From positions 47,988,001 to 48,052,000 of the forward strand of contig OZ320315.1 in the NCBI GenBank assembly GCA_976226885.1: a stretch of 64,000 bases of DNA, given 5' to 3'. This DNA is from Iphione sp. A-MEVVRFRX5 (lineage: Eukaryota). The notes beneath the pieces are model-generated. The model was not told the DNA's origin. It saw only the letters and a list, made by a program, of their open reading frames with translations, and did no database searches. Made by a program: the position numbers and the translations under genes. Shown here in pieces: positions 27,701 to 42,700 of this stretch; the stretch's first letter is position 1; the number at the start of each line of letters is the position of its first letter.

Positions 27701-30700
27701 CTTAAACATTGTAACTTCAGAGCTATAGTTCACCCTCTCTCCACGCGTAACCTTTCAATAGTCAAACCTAGCAACTGCAAATTTGTTTAGGTGAATAGTG
27801 GGTTATAATAGGCTAAATATATGCTATAAATAGCAGTATCATATTCCATACTATCTTGCTTTCTTCGGCAGAACGAAGAGGCTTCCTTTGATACATTTAT
27901 TGAAATGCATACTAGTTATATATATATATGTATTCGCACTGGTATACTTATAAATACAATGTCTTGCATTTATCTGGATCCTGTCTGTTCTTGGACACGT
28001 TTTCCTGCAAGATCTGAAACCACACGTTGTGTTACTGTTGAGGATGTACAGTTAGGCAATGGTTGCCTTTCCATTTGCCGCAGCAGGATATTCCGTCTTC
28101 TTGGAGTTAGGGTTGTCTGTGAAATCTAATGTGTGCCTCTGCGCACTTGCTTGCAGGAGAGTGTCAGATGAGGGGGTTGTCAGGTTGAAAGAGAAGTGCT
28201 GTGAGGGAGGGCGATTACTTTCGCGTGACAGCGAAAACACAAGTCAGCATTGAGCTTCGCTTTCCGTGGCTCTGAGGTGACATGGCTGAAAGCTTGTTGA
28301 CAGAAAGTGTCTTCACCAGTTGCACGAGATGATGATTGTACACATGGTTTTCTTTTGCTTCAACACGTACACACACGCTTTACAGCTGCCTCTTACTCAC
28401 GCCTATGCCTGCGTGACAAAGAACGCTGTCTTCAAGTCGCCCTCTCATGGAGTCAGTGGTCCAGCTCGAGCAATAAGATCACACTGTCCATTACGCTGAC
28501 CCCTGTATCACCTTTCGAGCTCTCCTACATGAGATCACAGCTCTCTGCTCCCGACTTGTCATTCTTCTGCGCAGTGTCCTAGACCGCCATCCGGCACTTT
28601 CGTCATTTTGCAGTCCCAGCTTAATGAGTTCCGAGGGGACATCGGCCATATTGAATTACTTGCTCAGGCCGTCCCAGCAGTTCCAACTGGGAAGGAAGGA
28701 ATGCTGCTGTCCGTACAAGGGCTGTCTGGCCTCCGACCACAGCTCAAATTTTCATTCCATTTGTACGACCATTGAGGAAATCAGTGCTGACAAGGTTAAT
28801 CCTCCACAAAAAAGGATACAGAGAGAATATCCTCGCAGCTACATTGTTAGTGCAGATAACGAACATGGTTTTACACTATATGTATATCATGCTATTTCTC
28901 TACCCCAAATGTTTCGAAACGTACGTTTTTCTTAAATAACCCTAAAGTTGCTTTCACTCTCTCGTTTCATTTCGATTTTATTTTTGGTGTTACCTCTCCA
29001 TATTGGTACAGCGTTTTGCATGTAGACAAAAAAGTGCGGTATATAAGGTAGTACATGTATGTAACATGATGTAAAGTTGAGTATATTGCAGACCCTGACA
29101 AGGCCAATAGTGTATCATAAGATTTTCTTATAACATCTGTGAAAGGTAAAATCTAGCAGTCAGATTGTCCACTAGCATTCGTGCTTCTTGACACGGTTAC
29201 TACACATAACAGACAATGGCACGTCGCTACCATATTCTAGGTCATTAAAGATAGGAAGTCACATTTGAGGCTATAGCCTGTGATAGAGGAATTTAGACAT
29301 GGTTCTGAGTGACGAATTTGTATGAAATAACGTATGCCAATGAGACACACATCTAAATGCCCCTTGCTGAACAGGCCTACTTAGTTCGGTTAGTACATGT
29401 ATACTTGTGCCTTTCAGATATAAATGCCACTTGATTCAGCGAGTGCACCTGAGTGCTGGATGATACAAACATATATCACTTGGCAGCACCTGTTAAGGTG
29501 CACTTGCAAGGAGACCTTCTCCTACCTGTTTACACCATCAACAAGTGTAGCTGGGTACGTCAAGTGCAGGAGCAGTAGTGTTTTCACAAGGGTAACTCGT
29601 ATAAACATAGGGAAGTAACTCTTCACCATGGCAACCCTCAGAGGTGTGTGCCTCACTCGGTTTTGACGATCTTGATGGTGTGCTTAAAGCTCGACCTGTC
29701 AACGACTCTGCACCCCACCAGAAGTGAGGACCATTCCGACTTTAGAGTTATTCCTAGTATCCATAGGTCAAGATTGGTCCCTCTTGTCGACCCCAGAGTG
29801 AACTAAGTGACTTTGTCTAGGCTCTATAATAGCCCCTTATTGTCACACCAGTGATGCACATTGGTGGGATATGTCAGGCAGTAGCTTCATAATCGCAGTA
29901 GGTCTAGGGTTGTAACTATTACCGCTAGGTCGTCTGCATATAGTACAGAGTCTGCCCAATCAGCTAGTGATTGGGGCAGAGAGTTAATCAACAAATCGAA
30001 TGTCAGGAGTCCGAAGACCAATCTTTGCCCTCTCCCTGGCATAGATCAAGTTCAGATGATTCTTCCCCATCAGTCCTGATGAAATGCAGCCTATTCAACA
30101 GATAAGTCTAGTACCATCTGCTGCAAGTGGTGCATTATCAGACTCACCAAGTCAAATTCATTTTTCAAATCTAACACAATTAGGCATGGTTACTTGCTGG
30201 CATTGGCATATTCGAGTAGCTTGCTATCGCGTTTTTCATGCTCTGGTTATTTTGTAGGGTCTGTTTGCTAGTGAGGCGATATTCATATGTTCAAGCTTTT
30301 CGTTCACCCTACCGCACCACCAGTGCTCAAATATGTTGTCTGGTAAAGGTAAAGATGAATGTGGGCAATAGTTGCCTAGCTTGATAGGATCTATGCAATG
30401 AAATCAGGGTGTTGAAAGAACACGTTTGACGACGTTTGTAGGAATGTCTACAACATGCGACGACTTCCTCATATCAGTGAATCGTACAATCTCGCACACG
30501 TCAGAAAAAGGATCGGCAGTTCGATTTCAAATCGGACTGACGGGTCCTGGCCAATGTACATGAGTTGACTGGGGTTTTAGTAAGCTTAGTCACGTGACTG
30601 ACAAAGAAAATGTTCACGGCTGTTGGCAGGTTAATATTTTCATCACATCCCATCATATCTGGATCAGTTAAGGTCATTCCCTTTTACCTAGTCCCCGTCA

Positions 30701-33700
30701 GCTCAGCGATGCTAGGCTTCCCATAGTTTACCCTCCAATTTGCAGAGTTTGTCTTACCAGAACTAGTTCCTCTCTTTAATGCCACTTCACAGATCTATGC
30801 AGAACCTGAAGATGTTTGGGCTATCAGTCCAGTTGCACTTTTTATACCTCTTCCTGTCGTCCATCAACTCATACAGCCCGTCACTTAGAGCATACCTGAC
30901 ACTTCCCGGCCTCTGTCGCCTTTCCTGCATGGGACACATATTGTCAATCTTTCCTCCGAGTCCCGCATCGAAGCGCTCCTGGGCCTCCTGGTGATCACCG
31001 GTCATCGCGATGCTGTCTTTTCGTAGGTCCTCCGCCAGTTCGTCTAGGTCCAATGTACTGCAAGCCCTTGACCGAGTCAGTGTTTTCTTCAGTTTTTTCT
31101 TCATCCCTCCTATTCCCTCCTTTATGTCAACAAACGTCAGCAACTGATTGCCAAAGAACCATCCTACAGTTCCTGTATCCCTAATGCCCTTAAAAGTGAC
31201 CCAAATATGGTCCAGACAATGCGCGTTCCTTATCATGGCTGAGTATTTACGATTTGGGCTAGACGCCTACCTCTTAGCAGATCTGTTAGTGCAAGTATAG
31301 GACACTATTATAAAGTCGATGCAGTCCGATCTACTAAAGTCTCCCATCGTGTCCAGCACCTCCCGAATAGCATTAGGATAGTTTCAACCGGTCCCCAGGT
31401 GGTAGATAGGTCAGAAGTAGTGTGGTCGGTCTCCTTTTTCCAAACGTTAGCTGAAGGGCAAGCAGCTCACAAGACGAGTCAGACTTTACAATGTATCTAA
31501 GCATTACCTCATATATATTCCGAAAAGACTTGAGTATACACACACACACTATTCCACTAGGGTGACTGCTGTCTAGCCTGACAAACTCATACCCATCGAT
31601 GTCATGACTAGCATCGAGGTGCGAGGTATTTAGTCAAGTTCCTATCAGGGACGCAATATCCACACTAAGCTCACTCCCTTAAGATCCCCCAAGCTCACAC
31701 AGGATACTCTTAACAATTATAATTGACAAGGCTCAGTCCCTCATATTCGCTGCATCTAATGAGTCACTAGTAGTGTATAGATTGCAACGATAGATATGTG
31801 ACGTACAGACAAATTCCTGGTCACTAGGCTTTGCGCTGGCATAAAAAATAGCCTACCTTCAAGTTACAGTTTGTGCTGATGTAAATATACCCACCAAGAT
31901 ATGAAAGACCGGCGTTTCAATACGGGTGCATGTCATTCATGGGCATCAATGCAGAAGCAGCTCGTACCCTTTTCGTGAAGCCCTGGAGAAATTGTTTTAT
32001 CAGGCTGGTCCCAACATGCATAATGAGCCCCCTTTCACACAGTTGATGAGTTGTAGATACAGTTCCTCCTTCAATGGTCTTTGGTTCAGTCCTAGATTAG
32101 TCCCTGACGCCCACAATTAGCCTACGACATCAAGCAATGGATGAACCCTGTCACTGGATAATAAACCGTTCAATAATCTGTACAATGCATGATTACACTG
32201 TCGAGATAATGTACATACAAATATCGGTAAATCTCCAACCGCCGTTTCATATACACTGGAGAACTCGTATCATATCAATTGATCAGAAAAAAAACTCAGG
32301 TAACCCAATCGTCCGAGGTCAATAACACATCTCACGGAAGCCAATAGAGTCTACATTATATGCATTCCTAAAACGAGCGATTACGAGATATACGACGTAA
32401 ACATCATCAACCTTGTGAGCATAAGGTTAAATTATGTATCAGTGCAACATAATGCAGACAGCTTGTAGACCGTTGGCATCTTGAGCCTGTAGAGAATTAC
32501 CTTCTGCCCATCAGAAAAGTTTATTGGTAGATCACTTCTAGGTGTTGGAATGTTGTGTATACCGACAGCCGCATGCAGTTTGATTTGCTCGACAAGATCG
32601 ACATACACGGTTGGGAGGTACGCCAGCCTAGGACCAGAGCCCGATGGACCAAGAATGTACCGTCTAAAGCCTCTTAATATAGTACACCAGCCGGCTACTC
32701 TAAGTACACAGGGGCCTTGTCTTCACCGAGCACATGTCATCCTCGATATGAGCTATGTCGTATGCTGTTATCATGAGTAGCACGCTGCCATACGTTGATA
32801 TCTCCACAACCATACGGTTCCTCCACAGCCAACCGTAGCTGGTAGGCCCAGTTTTGATCAGATTGTATGCGCACGGGCGACAGACATTCATGTTGCACGG
32901 TTTTGCGACCCGCCTTGTTTGTTCGCGCGTCATATAACTACTTACCAAATAAAACTGTTTCTATAATTTTATACTGAAATTATCGTTTAAGGTTCACTTA
33001 CTCGGATGTATCTACCCTCATAGTGAACCTACTCAAAATGCATACTGAAGAAGTCGTAGCAAAGGGCATGAGGGTCTTCTATGAGCATAAAGCTACATAA
33101 TTTTGGTACATAATGCGTTTATTTTGAAGCAGTCTGCAGTCCTAGTCATGCACCCAAGACAGCTTGGGAATGCTTGGACTTAGCTACGCTTTGTCTGCCT
33201 ACAGCCCTTTGTCAAATGCACGTAGGCATACAACCATCGAGTTGGCTCAAGATTCAAGCGCCCTTGGTCAAATGGCCAACTCCGATGCCGTTCATCGCCA
33301 CTCGTATCGACGTGTGAGGGGAAATGGCTAACCATGTCAAACATGCCGAGGGCCAGCGTTGCTGATGGATCGAAAATGACTGTTTGCCCTATTGATCAGC
33401 GCCGGTGAAAGCATATAATGTAAGTGCACGGGAGGGTTGGTGGCTGGGCCCCAGCACAGCGCACTGGCTAGCGGTACCAAGGTTCTCTGTCTGCCTGAAC
33501 CGACCATGCATGCTCCCTTTCCGCTCGTGCCTTGCACAGGGGCCTTTGGACGTTGGTTCATTTGTCTAGCTCAGTTGACCGTTGGATAAATGGGCCGGAC
33601 GGGTGTCGGCGAGCTCTTAGGCACAAGCGGTAGTTGTCAGTGCCGCCCTACACAGGAGGACAAGGGGGAATGAATGGTTAGCAAGCGATATCAAGAGAAA

Positions 33701-36700
33701 TGATGACGGGAGCTGTTATCGCCATTTGTTCTCTGCACTGGCAACGTTGCGTTTTAGAGCGTAGACAGTAATGCGTGCAAGAGGAGGCATTTTGTCATGC
33801 AAGCATTAACAATTATATTTACAAAAGCAGAAAATGAGAGAATGAGTCGAATCTATTCCAAGGTTAACTTTGTAAATACGGTATAGTAAAAATGGTCACA
33901 TAAAAATCAAAGAGAAACTTAGGGGATTTGATATAGCCATTTTAGAAAGAGAACGGGTAGATCTGAGTAAACGCTTTATGTCTATGTAGATCCCTGTAGC
34001 ACATCCACATGCTATATGTATTGTCGGAACTTGGTTCGTATTACTTTCTCTGAAACGAATAGCCATTTTTCAGGGCATGACAGGCGAACGTGCGGATTTG
34101 GAATCAAAAGCGAATGTATGAACCATTTGGTAGCTCGATAGATGTCAGGCACAATTACTGATTCTGGACTACAAGTGTTCCACTACCGGTCAGCATGATT
34201 CTTATTCTAAGTGATCCGATCAGGGGATGGAAAAAATTGTCTTAGGAGGAGTAATGCGCTCTGACCCCTTAGCCTCCAACGATAATAAAACCGTATATAT
34301 AGTCCTACATGTACACTAATGTATGTAACGACCTGATATATCCCTGGATATGTAAGGCCTCCGGCCTATACCCAAGTCCATAAATAACTAAACGCATAAA
34401 AAATTGTATAGTATGCGTTACGAGAGAACTAAAACTTTTATTTTCGTTTTACTGTTTTATTTATAAATAATGACATACGTTTCCTTAGCAACTTCCAAAA
34501 AAAACAGAATTTAAGATTGTGTTCGTCTGAAATTTGAGCTGTTTTGCCATCTTTATAAATATTGCTTCTTTATAAACTGTGACACTTACAAATCAGCAGT
34601 TCTGAACGGAATAAAGAATGCTGTTTTCTGTGGACTCCCCAAGAACCCAATCTTGTGACCAGCCAAGGAAAAAGGGTATTCCAGTTTAAACTTATGGAAA
34701 CTAAAGAACACCTTTGGACATCAATTGGTTCAAAGATTGTGTAAATACTCTTTCTAGATCCTGAGATATCTCTATTCAAAGCTGATACAACCAACGTTTC
34801 AAAAGGATGTAATTTAATGCTAAATGCATTCCTTGACATTCTATAGTAGAAACATCCTAGGTGCTGTGAAGTATGTAAATTAATCTTAAATTCTCATTTG
34901 TACACATAATTAGTTCTAGAAAAGATATTTTTGAAAGGGTTTCAGTACTTCAACTTTAATGCATTGAATATCTTTTTTCCCATGGCCGGTCATATGTGAT
35001 GGTGCTAGTCACAAGAAAAGCGTCAGCACATACATGTAAGTCACAAAGGTTGTGGCGAAGAGAAATACTTTACCCATTCTCTAAAAAGCCCCAGGTTTTA
35101 TTGCACATTGTAATATTTCACACATTATTCTTACTCGAAATGCTCTCTTAAAGGTGCCCGTGAGTTAAAGGTTAATCTTACGTCCATTGCTAATCCGATC
35201 CCTTTGGATTACTGGCGCATAACCTGAATGATATTATTGTATTGAATCCACCAACACGCATTACTTTAGTAGTGATACGTTGATATAGCTAGTATGTGTG
35301 CTAAATTATACAAACTTTCTATGAACAAATGTGGTTCTGCTAAAATGGATCTGTATGATTTGTTAAAAAGATGTTTTCCCAATACGCTGTATGTATTTCA
35401 ACTACACTTTTCTCTCTATCTATTCTCATCCTTTGACAAAGTTACTCCGAAGGAGCTGCTTTGTGTAAGATGCAAAACAATACTCTTTGCTCCATCACTA
35501 CGATAAATATTCGCAGTTGTGCGCTAATATTTTCGTTCAACTCGTCAAATATCCGTCCTACTTCCTTACCAGAGCTTCGCCATTCAGTCTTTCATGACCC
35601 TAAATGCGTTGAGGTCGCAGTCCTTTGGAACTTTCATCCCACGTCTTCACGTCAGTCAACACTACCATTTACTTGGGGAAATTAAAGCGAATTGCGAGGG
35701 AAAAACCCGTCCCTTAAGGAAATTGGAATTTTAATAAAAATAGAATTAATGTTCAAGCACCCTCAAGATATTTTAAGGCATTCCTTTTAGTTTTTGTAAA
35801 GAGCAATTAAATGCGTGGTATGAATTGTTTTTATTGCCAACCTTTTCTCAACTACCAGTGTGTGGATATTAAGTGATTTTGAAAATGTACTGAGAGGAGA
35901 ACAGGAAAACCCAATTTGAAGGCGGCGGTCAATAAATGAAAATCAGATATACATGTAATTGTAGTAATCAGTTTGACTAGTATGTACCCCTTTAATGCCA
36001 TGTTGCATTTATATATATATGCATGCTTATACATGTATATTATATTTTTTTAGACGAAATACACAGTATTGATATTGAACAGTAATTTGCCCCTTGAAAA
36101 GACGACGCGTACGTGTCACACGCTATACGATTTTATGTGTCTTACTTCTAAAAGGCAATGACAAATTACAAACAGGTGTTCATTTTTAGTCAAGAAACTC
36201 CCATCTGTGTAATGCGCTCAATATGGAAGCATCGACATAATTTCTATGCATATTGCTGCCGTCTGCAACAGCGCCATCATGGTGCATTACCTCCGGCACA
36301 CAGCTATTGCCTTATAATACCTACGTTGGTCCCAGTGCGGCATACGGCTTATGACCATGTCAACCATTAGACAATATAAGGCTTTGAAATCGCCCCCGAG
36401 ATGTGAGCGAGGCATGCCTGTTTCTGTCTATACCGGCGTAGGCCCGGCGGAGGGAGATACCTACTAGGCCCCATTTTCCCTGTGCTTCGGTGGACGGGCG
36501 GTTGAAAGGGTTGGCAATGGAGCCTGTCCAGGCGGTAATAGATCAAGTTTATGTTTTATTCAGTGTCCGACGGTGGTGAGACAATACCAACACTATCGCC
36601 ATGCGTGAGCGAGATGCCCTGTTTATAAAGTATTCTATGTTCCGTACCGAGCCTTACAGGGCCTCCGGATCGTGATGGAGACTTTATGCCCGCGGAAACG

Positions 36701-39700
36701 GTGTTTCTGGGGAAGAAGATTTCATGCGCCGCCAGGGCCCAGAAATATACCTGCTGTTATACGCACACATACAGCTGCATCCAGGCATCAGAGGGCATCG
36801 CCACTAATGGAATTCGTACTGCATCTCAGATATCTCGGCAGTCATTGTACGCCACACTAAGCAGTCATATTACTCTGCTACACTGTTGACGCAATAGTAA
36901 CTTTGCTTGCAGCAGTCTCGTATGTGGGCATGTCATTGGATTCTGGCCCGCATTCAGCGTCATTTATCTGCAACAAATATAACATAAAGGAAGGGCGATA
37001 TTCGACTTGTGGTTTTTTGTTATACCCAGCGGCTCCCTCGTCCGGTGGGGCCTGCCGTATTATAACCGGTCACCGTCTCCTCCTGCCATCCCGTCCGATA
37101 ACAAGAGACGAGGGATTTATCTACTTTTATCACGCCACTAGCAATGTTGATGAACCACAGTCCAGCGTGACCCTTATTATGGGTTATCCATTTCTGCGGG
37201 GCTGTCCTTTCTTACACCTCCCGGGACACTATTACAAATATGACATGCATACCGCTGCCATGACCATGTAGATTGCATTCGAGCCATTGATATACAGTCA
37301 GTATAACCAGAGTCCACATTTCCTTCGTATCATCCTGATGCCGATAGAAAAAAAAAATTACCACGTAAATTCCCTAAAACGCATACGAACAACATAAAAG
37401 TCTTACTATGCGTTACACATCGATCTGCTGGGCGGAATAATAGTTGGCAGCACAATATGGGTTACTGCTAATTGTAATCACACTGAAAAACATAAATTGG
37501 GCATACTAATATTGTGATATTCACTCGTAGATATTGATTCGAAAGGTATGCGTGTATATGATGCCCACACATAAGATGTCTCCATCTGTCTTAACTCACA
37601 GAGCAGCCGGCAGAAGAACGTGAATCATAGAGAAACACGTGATCGCATAAGGATATTTAGAAGAGAGGGCCATGCCTGTCACGTAGGCCTATGAACTATA
37701 TTTTGATCTTTGAGCACGTTTTGACTTACAACAAGTGATCCTGTATTGATCCGTGATCTGAAAGCCAAATATGATGTTTGATTTCCAAACAGAACAGAAA
37801 GATATTACTACATCGCATATAATTAACATTAAAAGTGATTTACATGCGCATAAACAAATCGTAACGATATTAATATCGGATATTTCAAGCTTGATCTCAA
37901 ATGAACATGTGCTGGGTCCATGTTTATGAAAGCAGGATAACCTACCGCAAACTGAAATGTCTAATAATGACGGTACCACCACACATGAAATGCTTATATT
38001 AAAACTGCCATTCCTTATTACCCTTCTCGAAAATCGTTGCTGACGAAATTTAGGAGAGGAAGACGGAAGGGTTGATGAGGAAAAAAAGAGAGTAAAAATT
38101 ATAATGTGGGTCACACATTGTGTATCTGGTCTTTAATAAACCATGCACATGTACACACTGAGCGTGAGGAGGCCACGATAAAGAACGCAGGACGCAATGC
38201 CAACTCAGCGGCGCTGCTAGTCTACTGGAGTGGCGATTATTAATGAGCCTGCAAGCCAAGGGGAGCAGAAGGACGGTTTGAGTACATAGTAAACAGGATG
38301 ACACAACGCAGACATTGACCACCTAATTATCCTCGCCCAGAGGGGACATATTTTACTCCCCTCTTTGTGGTGTTAGACTCATTAGGACCCTTGTGAGACC
38401 AGTGTCTAGCAAGTACCTTGTTCTTCAGAGTTAGGACAAAGGTGGGATAAGGAGCTTGATTTTCTGTAAGGACCGGCGTAAGCAATTACACCATGTGGTT
38501 TCGTACTAGAGTGCAGAAAGGGTAGGATGAAGGGTGCAATATATTCGCTAACTTTAGAGCCGTGCCTCTGGACATTTATAAGAAGATAAGCTGTGTTATA
38601 CGACACTAGATCAAGGCGATGGCGTTGGCAGTGGTAGTAGTAGTAGTATTAGCTAGTAGCATTAGTACATGCAGTAGTAGTGGTAGTAGTAGCAGTAGCA
38701 ATGGTAGTAGTAGCGAAAACAGACGTTGTATCCAGGTTAGACGACGATCGTGAGAATCTGCATACATGCAGGTAGGTCAGGCGCCAACCACATTAGATTT
38801 CTGATTCATCGACGGTGCTGCCCCTGGTCCCTTTCTACTTCATCATACCTTGCCCGTGCTAGCCGGTGCGGAGCCTTGACAGCAGAAAGACCAATGACTG
38901 CCCGTACCGCGGGCGTCCTTTGTTGCGTCGCCCGCTGCCACTAATCACCATATCCTAGATTAATCAAGCGCAGAGGGCAGTTGTCAGTCAGAGTACTGGA
39001 CCCGGTTACTGTTTACCCGTCATGATGCCGGCGGCCATCATGGGACATTGCTTACGCCGGCCACCGGTTGCCAGGGTAACGAGACGCAGGTGGGCAGCGG
39101 AGATTGATCTCCATGACAACAACACCGGGACACGGGCCGTGGGTGATAGATAAAGTTGCCCTGCTTTGGATCAGGTTGGTTTCTGGTTGGAAAAGCTCAG
39201 AGTGCAAGCGGATAAGCCAGGGCTGAGCGCTGCAAATAACGTCAGTCACCGCCAGGCGAAATGCTCCGATCCCACTCATCACTGTAATGCGATGCAAAGG
39301 TTAATTTCTATTCCAGAAAGATGTGGCTTTTTCGCTGAAAAGAATGAGGGGTGGAGAGCTTCCACGCCACGAGAAATAGAAATAAAAGGATACTGTCCGC
39401 CAATATCATTATTCAACATTATACGCGGGCACTAAGCCGAGGCCTTTGCAATTCTTCATCTTTTCATACCCCCTTCATCCACTATCCGAAGACTATACTA
39501 GCGTGTTTCATTCGAAAAGGTATAGTATGTGTAGTATGTGAGTGTGAGTGGTCACCTGTAACCGAAAAATCGTTGTCCAGACTACAGCAGTCCTAACTGA
39601 ATAAAAACAAAAACAAAACGGACCCCACCAGTGCACGACGGACATAGGAATACGGCACGAGTGGTCGCTTTTGACGATTACGCTTTTGGTGTACAACACC

Positions 39701-42700
39701 ATTGTCAATGGCTAACACTGACAGTTATTGACAACTTGATGGATGGCTGCAATAACGCACTGCGGGGGTCACAATGATGACTCCGGATGCGATATTAGCA
39801 GCCACAGCGAGAAAAGCAGGAGGGTGGGGATCTGAGTAGTAGTTCAGACACATGATGTCGCACGAAGCCTTCAATATAGCGGGCCATTTTGATACATATG
39901 ACACATTATAACCCCCGTAAGCCAACACGAGCCACGTGATCTGCCTTGTCAATTTAACGGCTGTAATCCCCGGATCTGTTTAGAATCGCATCAGATTTCT
40001 CTGTTGTCCCTTTTGGCAGCACTCCTACCTGGTGGGAGGTTTTGGAACGTCGCTTATATTGCTCACGGAACATAAGCCTGAAGCTAATGCAGGATACCAT
40101 GATAAGGGAACCAGTGGAAATTGACCTTGGTCGTGCCATATAATGTATATAGGAGTGAAGCATGTTTCGGGAAATGCATACGGTGTATCAATCTTAGTAC
40201 ATGTATAGCATCCATCATTAAGGCGTTATTACCACAATGTATCTTTATACGCCTAAGATATAAAACTACACGTATCGCTATACATCCTGTATCTAATATT
40301 TAACGACTTTCGTCACTGTGTTAATCTATCATGTCTCTTTTTTGGTCCCATTTTCACTATACTGCCCCCTAATATGACCGCATAAAAATTGAAAGGAGAC
40401 GTGTGTTGTGTAAGTATTCCGTGGTGCCGGTGCCAGTATGGACGTGCGGATATTAGCCCCGTTCTCCTATGTAGGCGGCTTCGGGTGCCCGGGGCATCCG
40501 CCAGGCGTCTATTAAGGAGGCTAGTATTGAGACCAATGCGCAAGATGCATTCCCGAAGGCAGATCGGTACCGCACCTTCTCTCCTCCTCACTCTCACGTT
40601 CCCTCGTTCTCTCCTCGTCTCCTAAACACTCTTACCCCATCTTGCTAACTATTTCTATCCGTTTCTCGTTTTGAACAGTCTCCTTCGATCAATCACTGCG
40701 TGTCCTTTGCCTCCCCATCCTTCGTGCCTCTTCGATCTTTCTTTTTTTTTTAAAGAATGTCTTCTCTCCTGAAATAATTTCCTATCCAGAGCACACAGTT
40801 AGTCTCGGCTCCTCTGGTAAAATAATTATATCATGGTTGACTATGACGTTACGCGAATCTCTGTGGAAATTCGTTTAGTCTTCCTGGAAGGAAATCAATC
40901 TCAACCTATTTCATATTCCATGTCTCTCATAAGACCTCCTGTCGTTGGATATACATATTTATGTGATAACTGTCGTCCGTTTGTATAGAGATACACATAG
41001 GCAAATATGTGATATTTTGTCAAGTTCTGTGCCCTGGGAACCACGCGCTGATCATTCCACTTGGGGATATGAAGTTGCACAAGGTAGACGTCCAATTCTT
41101 CGGCTTCCCCGACCGTCCCTCAAGGAGATTATGAACCGATGTCTATGGTTCCAGCACACACCTCAAGCTGCAGTATTCAATAATTCAATAATTGTCATAT
41201 TTTGACCTGTTGTCCGTGAGGACTTCCTGTATTTTCTCCAGCCTGTTGGCGATGTGTGGCTGGGGACCTGGCCCATATTCAGTTGCATTTGTCTTCCTTT
41301 TCACGCCTGAGAGGGCCCGAGGAGGTCCATGTCACTCAAAATTGATTTCCCTGGCGACCCTTTAATTAACAATATTTTCTTGTCAAACCTATCGGTTCTG
41401 TGAAAGCCTTTTTACGATACAATTACATACATGCGGTGCAACACTTGTACCATGGGATTTAATATACTTATGCAAAAGCATATATAGAGGATGTTTTTCC
41501 TTTATATATAATAAGAAAACATAGGGTAATTAGGTATATAAACGCGTACTTGATCATATACAACACGCAATATAATAGAATTTATCTATATACGTTGATG
41601 CATTTGTATTGAAGTTTGGGGGGGGGGGGGGTCATGTAGAAATTCGGCGTGGAGCTCTCTCCTCCCTCTGCCATTTATTCCGATTAGATTCATGCTTGGC
41701 TGCACCGTGCTTAACTCGCATCAGACCACGTGGCCTCCCCATCTGTCAGGGCGAAAAGAGCGCGACGGAAACGTGTGAAAAGGACGACGTAGACTCGTTG
41801 GCATGGTAACGAAACAGATTGACCACGCCATGCCTCCCCAGCCTCCCCTTGAGCCATTCCATTGACGATTGGCCTTTATCCTTCAGATTTAGCCCCATTT
41901 AGTTGGGCTACAGATTCGACCCTACGCTGTCAGAATCAATGTCGGGCGGTAAAAACAGGATAACCAACTCAAAAGGTCTAATGGAGACTGTCCCCGCCTG
42001 TTGATAAGTTACCCAGGCAACAGTTCTACCTTAGCCGACTGCTTATTTGACATAACACAGTTACGCTTACAACTGCATTAGTAGTCTATTGGGAAATAGC
42101 CAGGGAGAGATGGAGTATTTTCATTGCAATGCATTACTCCCACCTCCCTTCCATTAATAATGCCCGCGTGAGCTGTAGTAACTCTATTACTACGACGCAA
42201 GATCTTAAAAGAACAAGTACATTCTGAGCACGGCTTATTCTATCTCTGTTTCATGTAGTTTCACTGATAGTTCCCCCGAGGGCTCGTTTTGGAAAGCAGG
42301 AAGGAAACAAGCAATGAGCAGACCCTGATGCTTGGGCGTGCTCTGTGGGGACATCATCATCAGAGCACCTCCTGAGCCAATGTTAATCTTTATAATGACC
42401 ATAGATAGTCATGCATAAATGATACAGTGTACCACTGCACATCAGCTTCGAAATGAAAGACTATTGTCGTTGCGCATGCACAGATGTGCCTTCCTGGACT
42501 TTATACCTGTTGACCCTCCATCTTTTTTTAAATTGAAATGGACAACGTATGATATGCCATTCAGAGCGCGTAAACGGTTACTTGATGTAGTTATCGGTCG
42601 AGTAGAAGAAGAGGGAAGGCCCCGTGATCCACCCACCATATAGAGGCGGAGAGCTCTGAAGCGTATATATACGTACCATGTCCAGGGATTTCCCTCTGAG

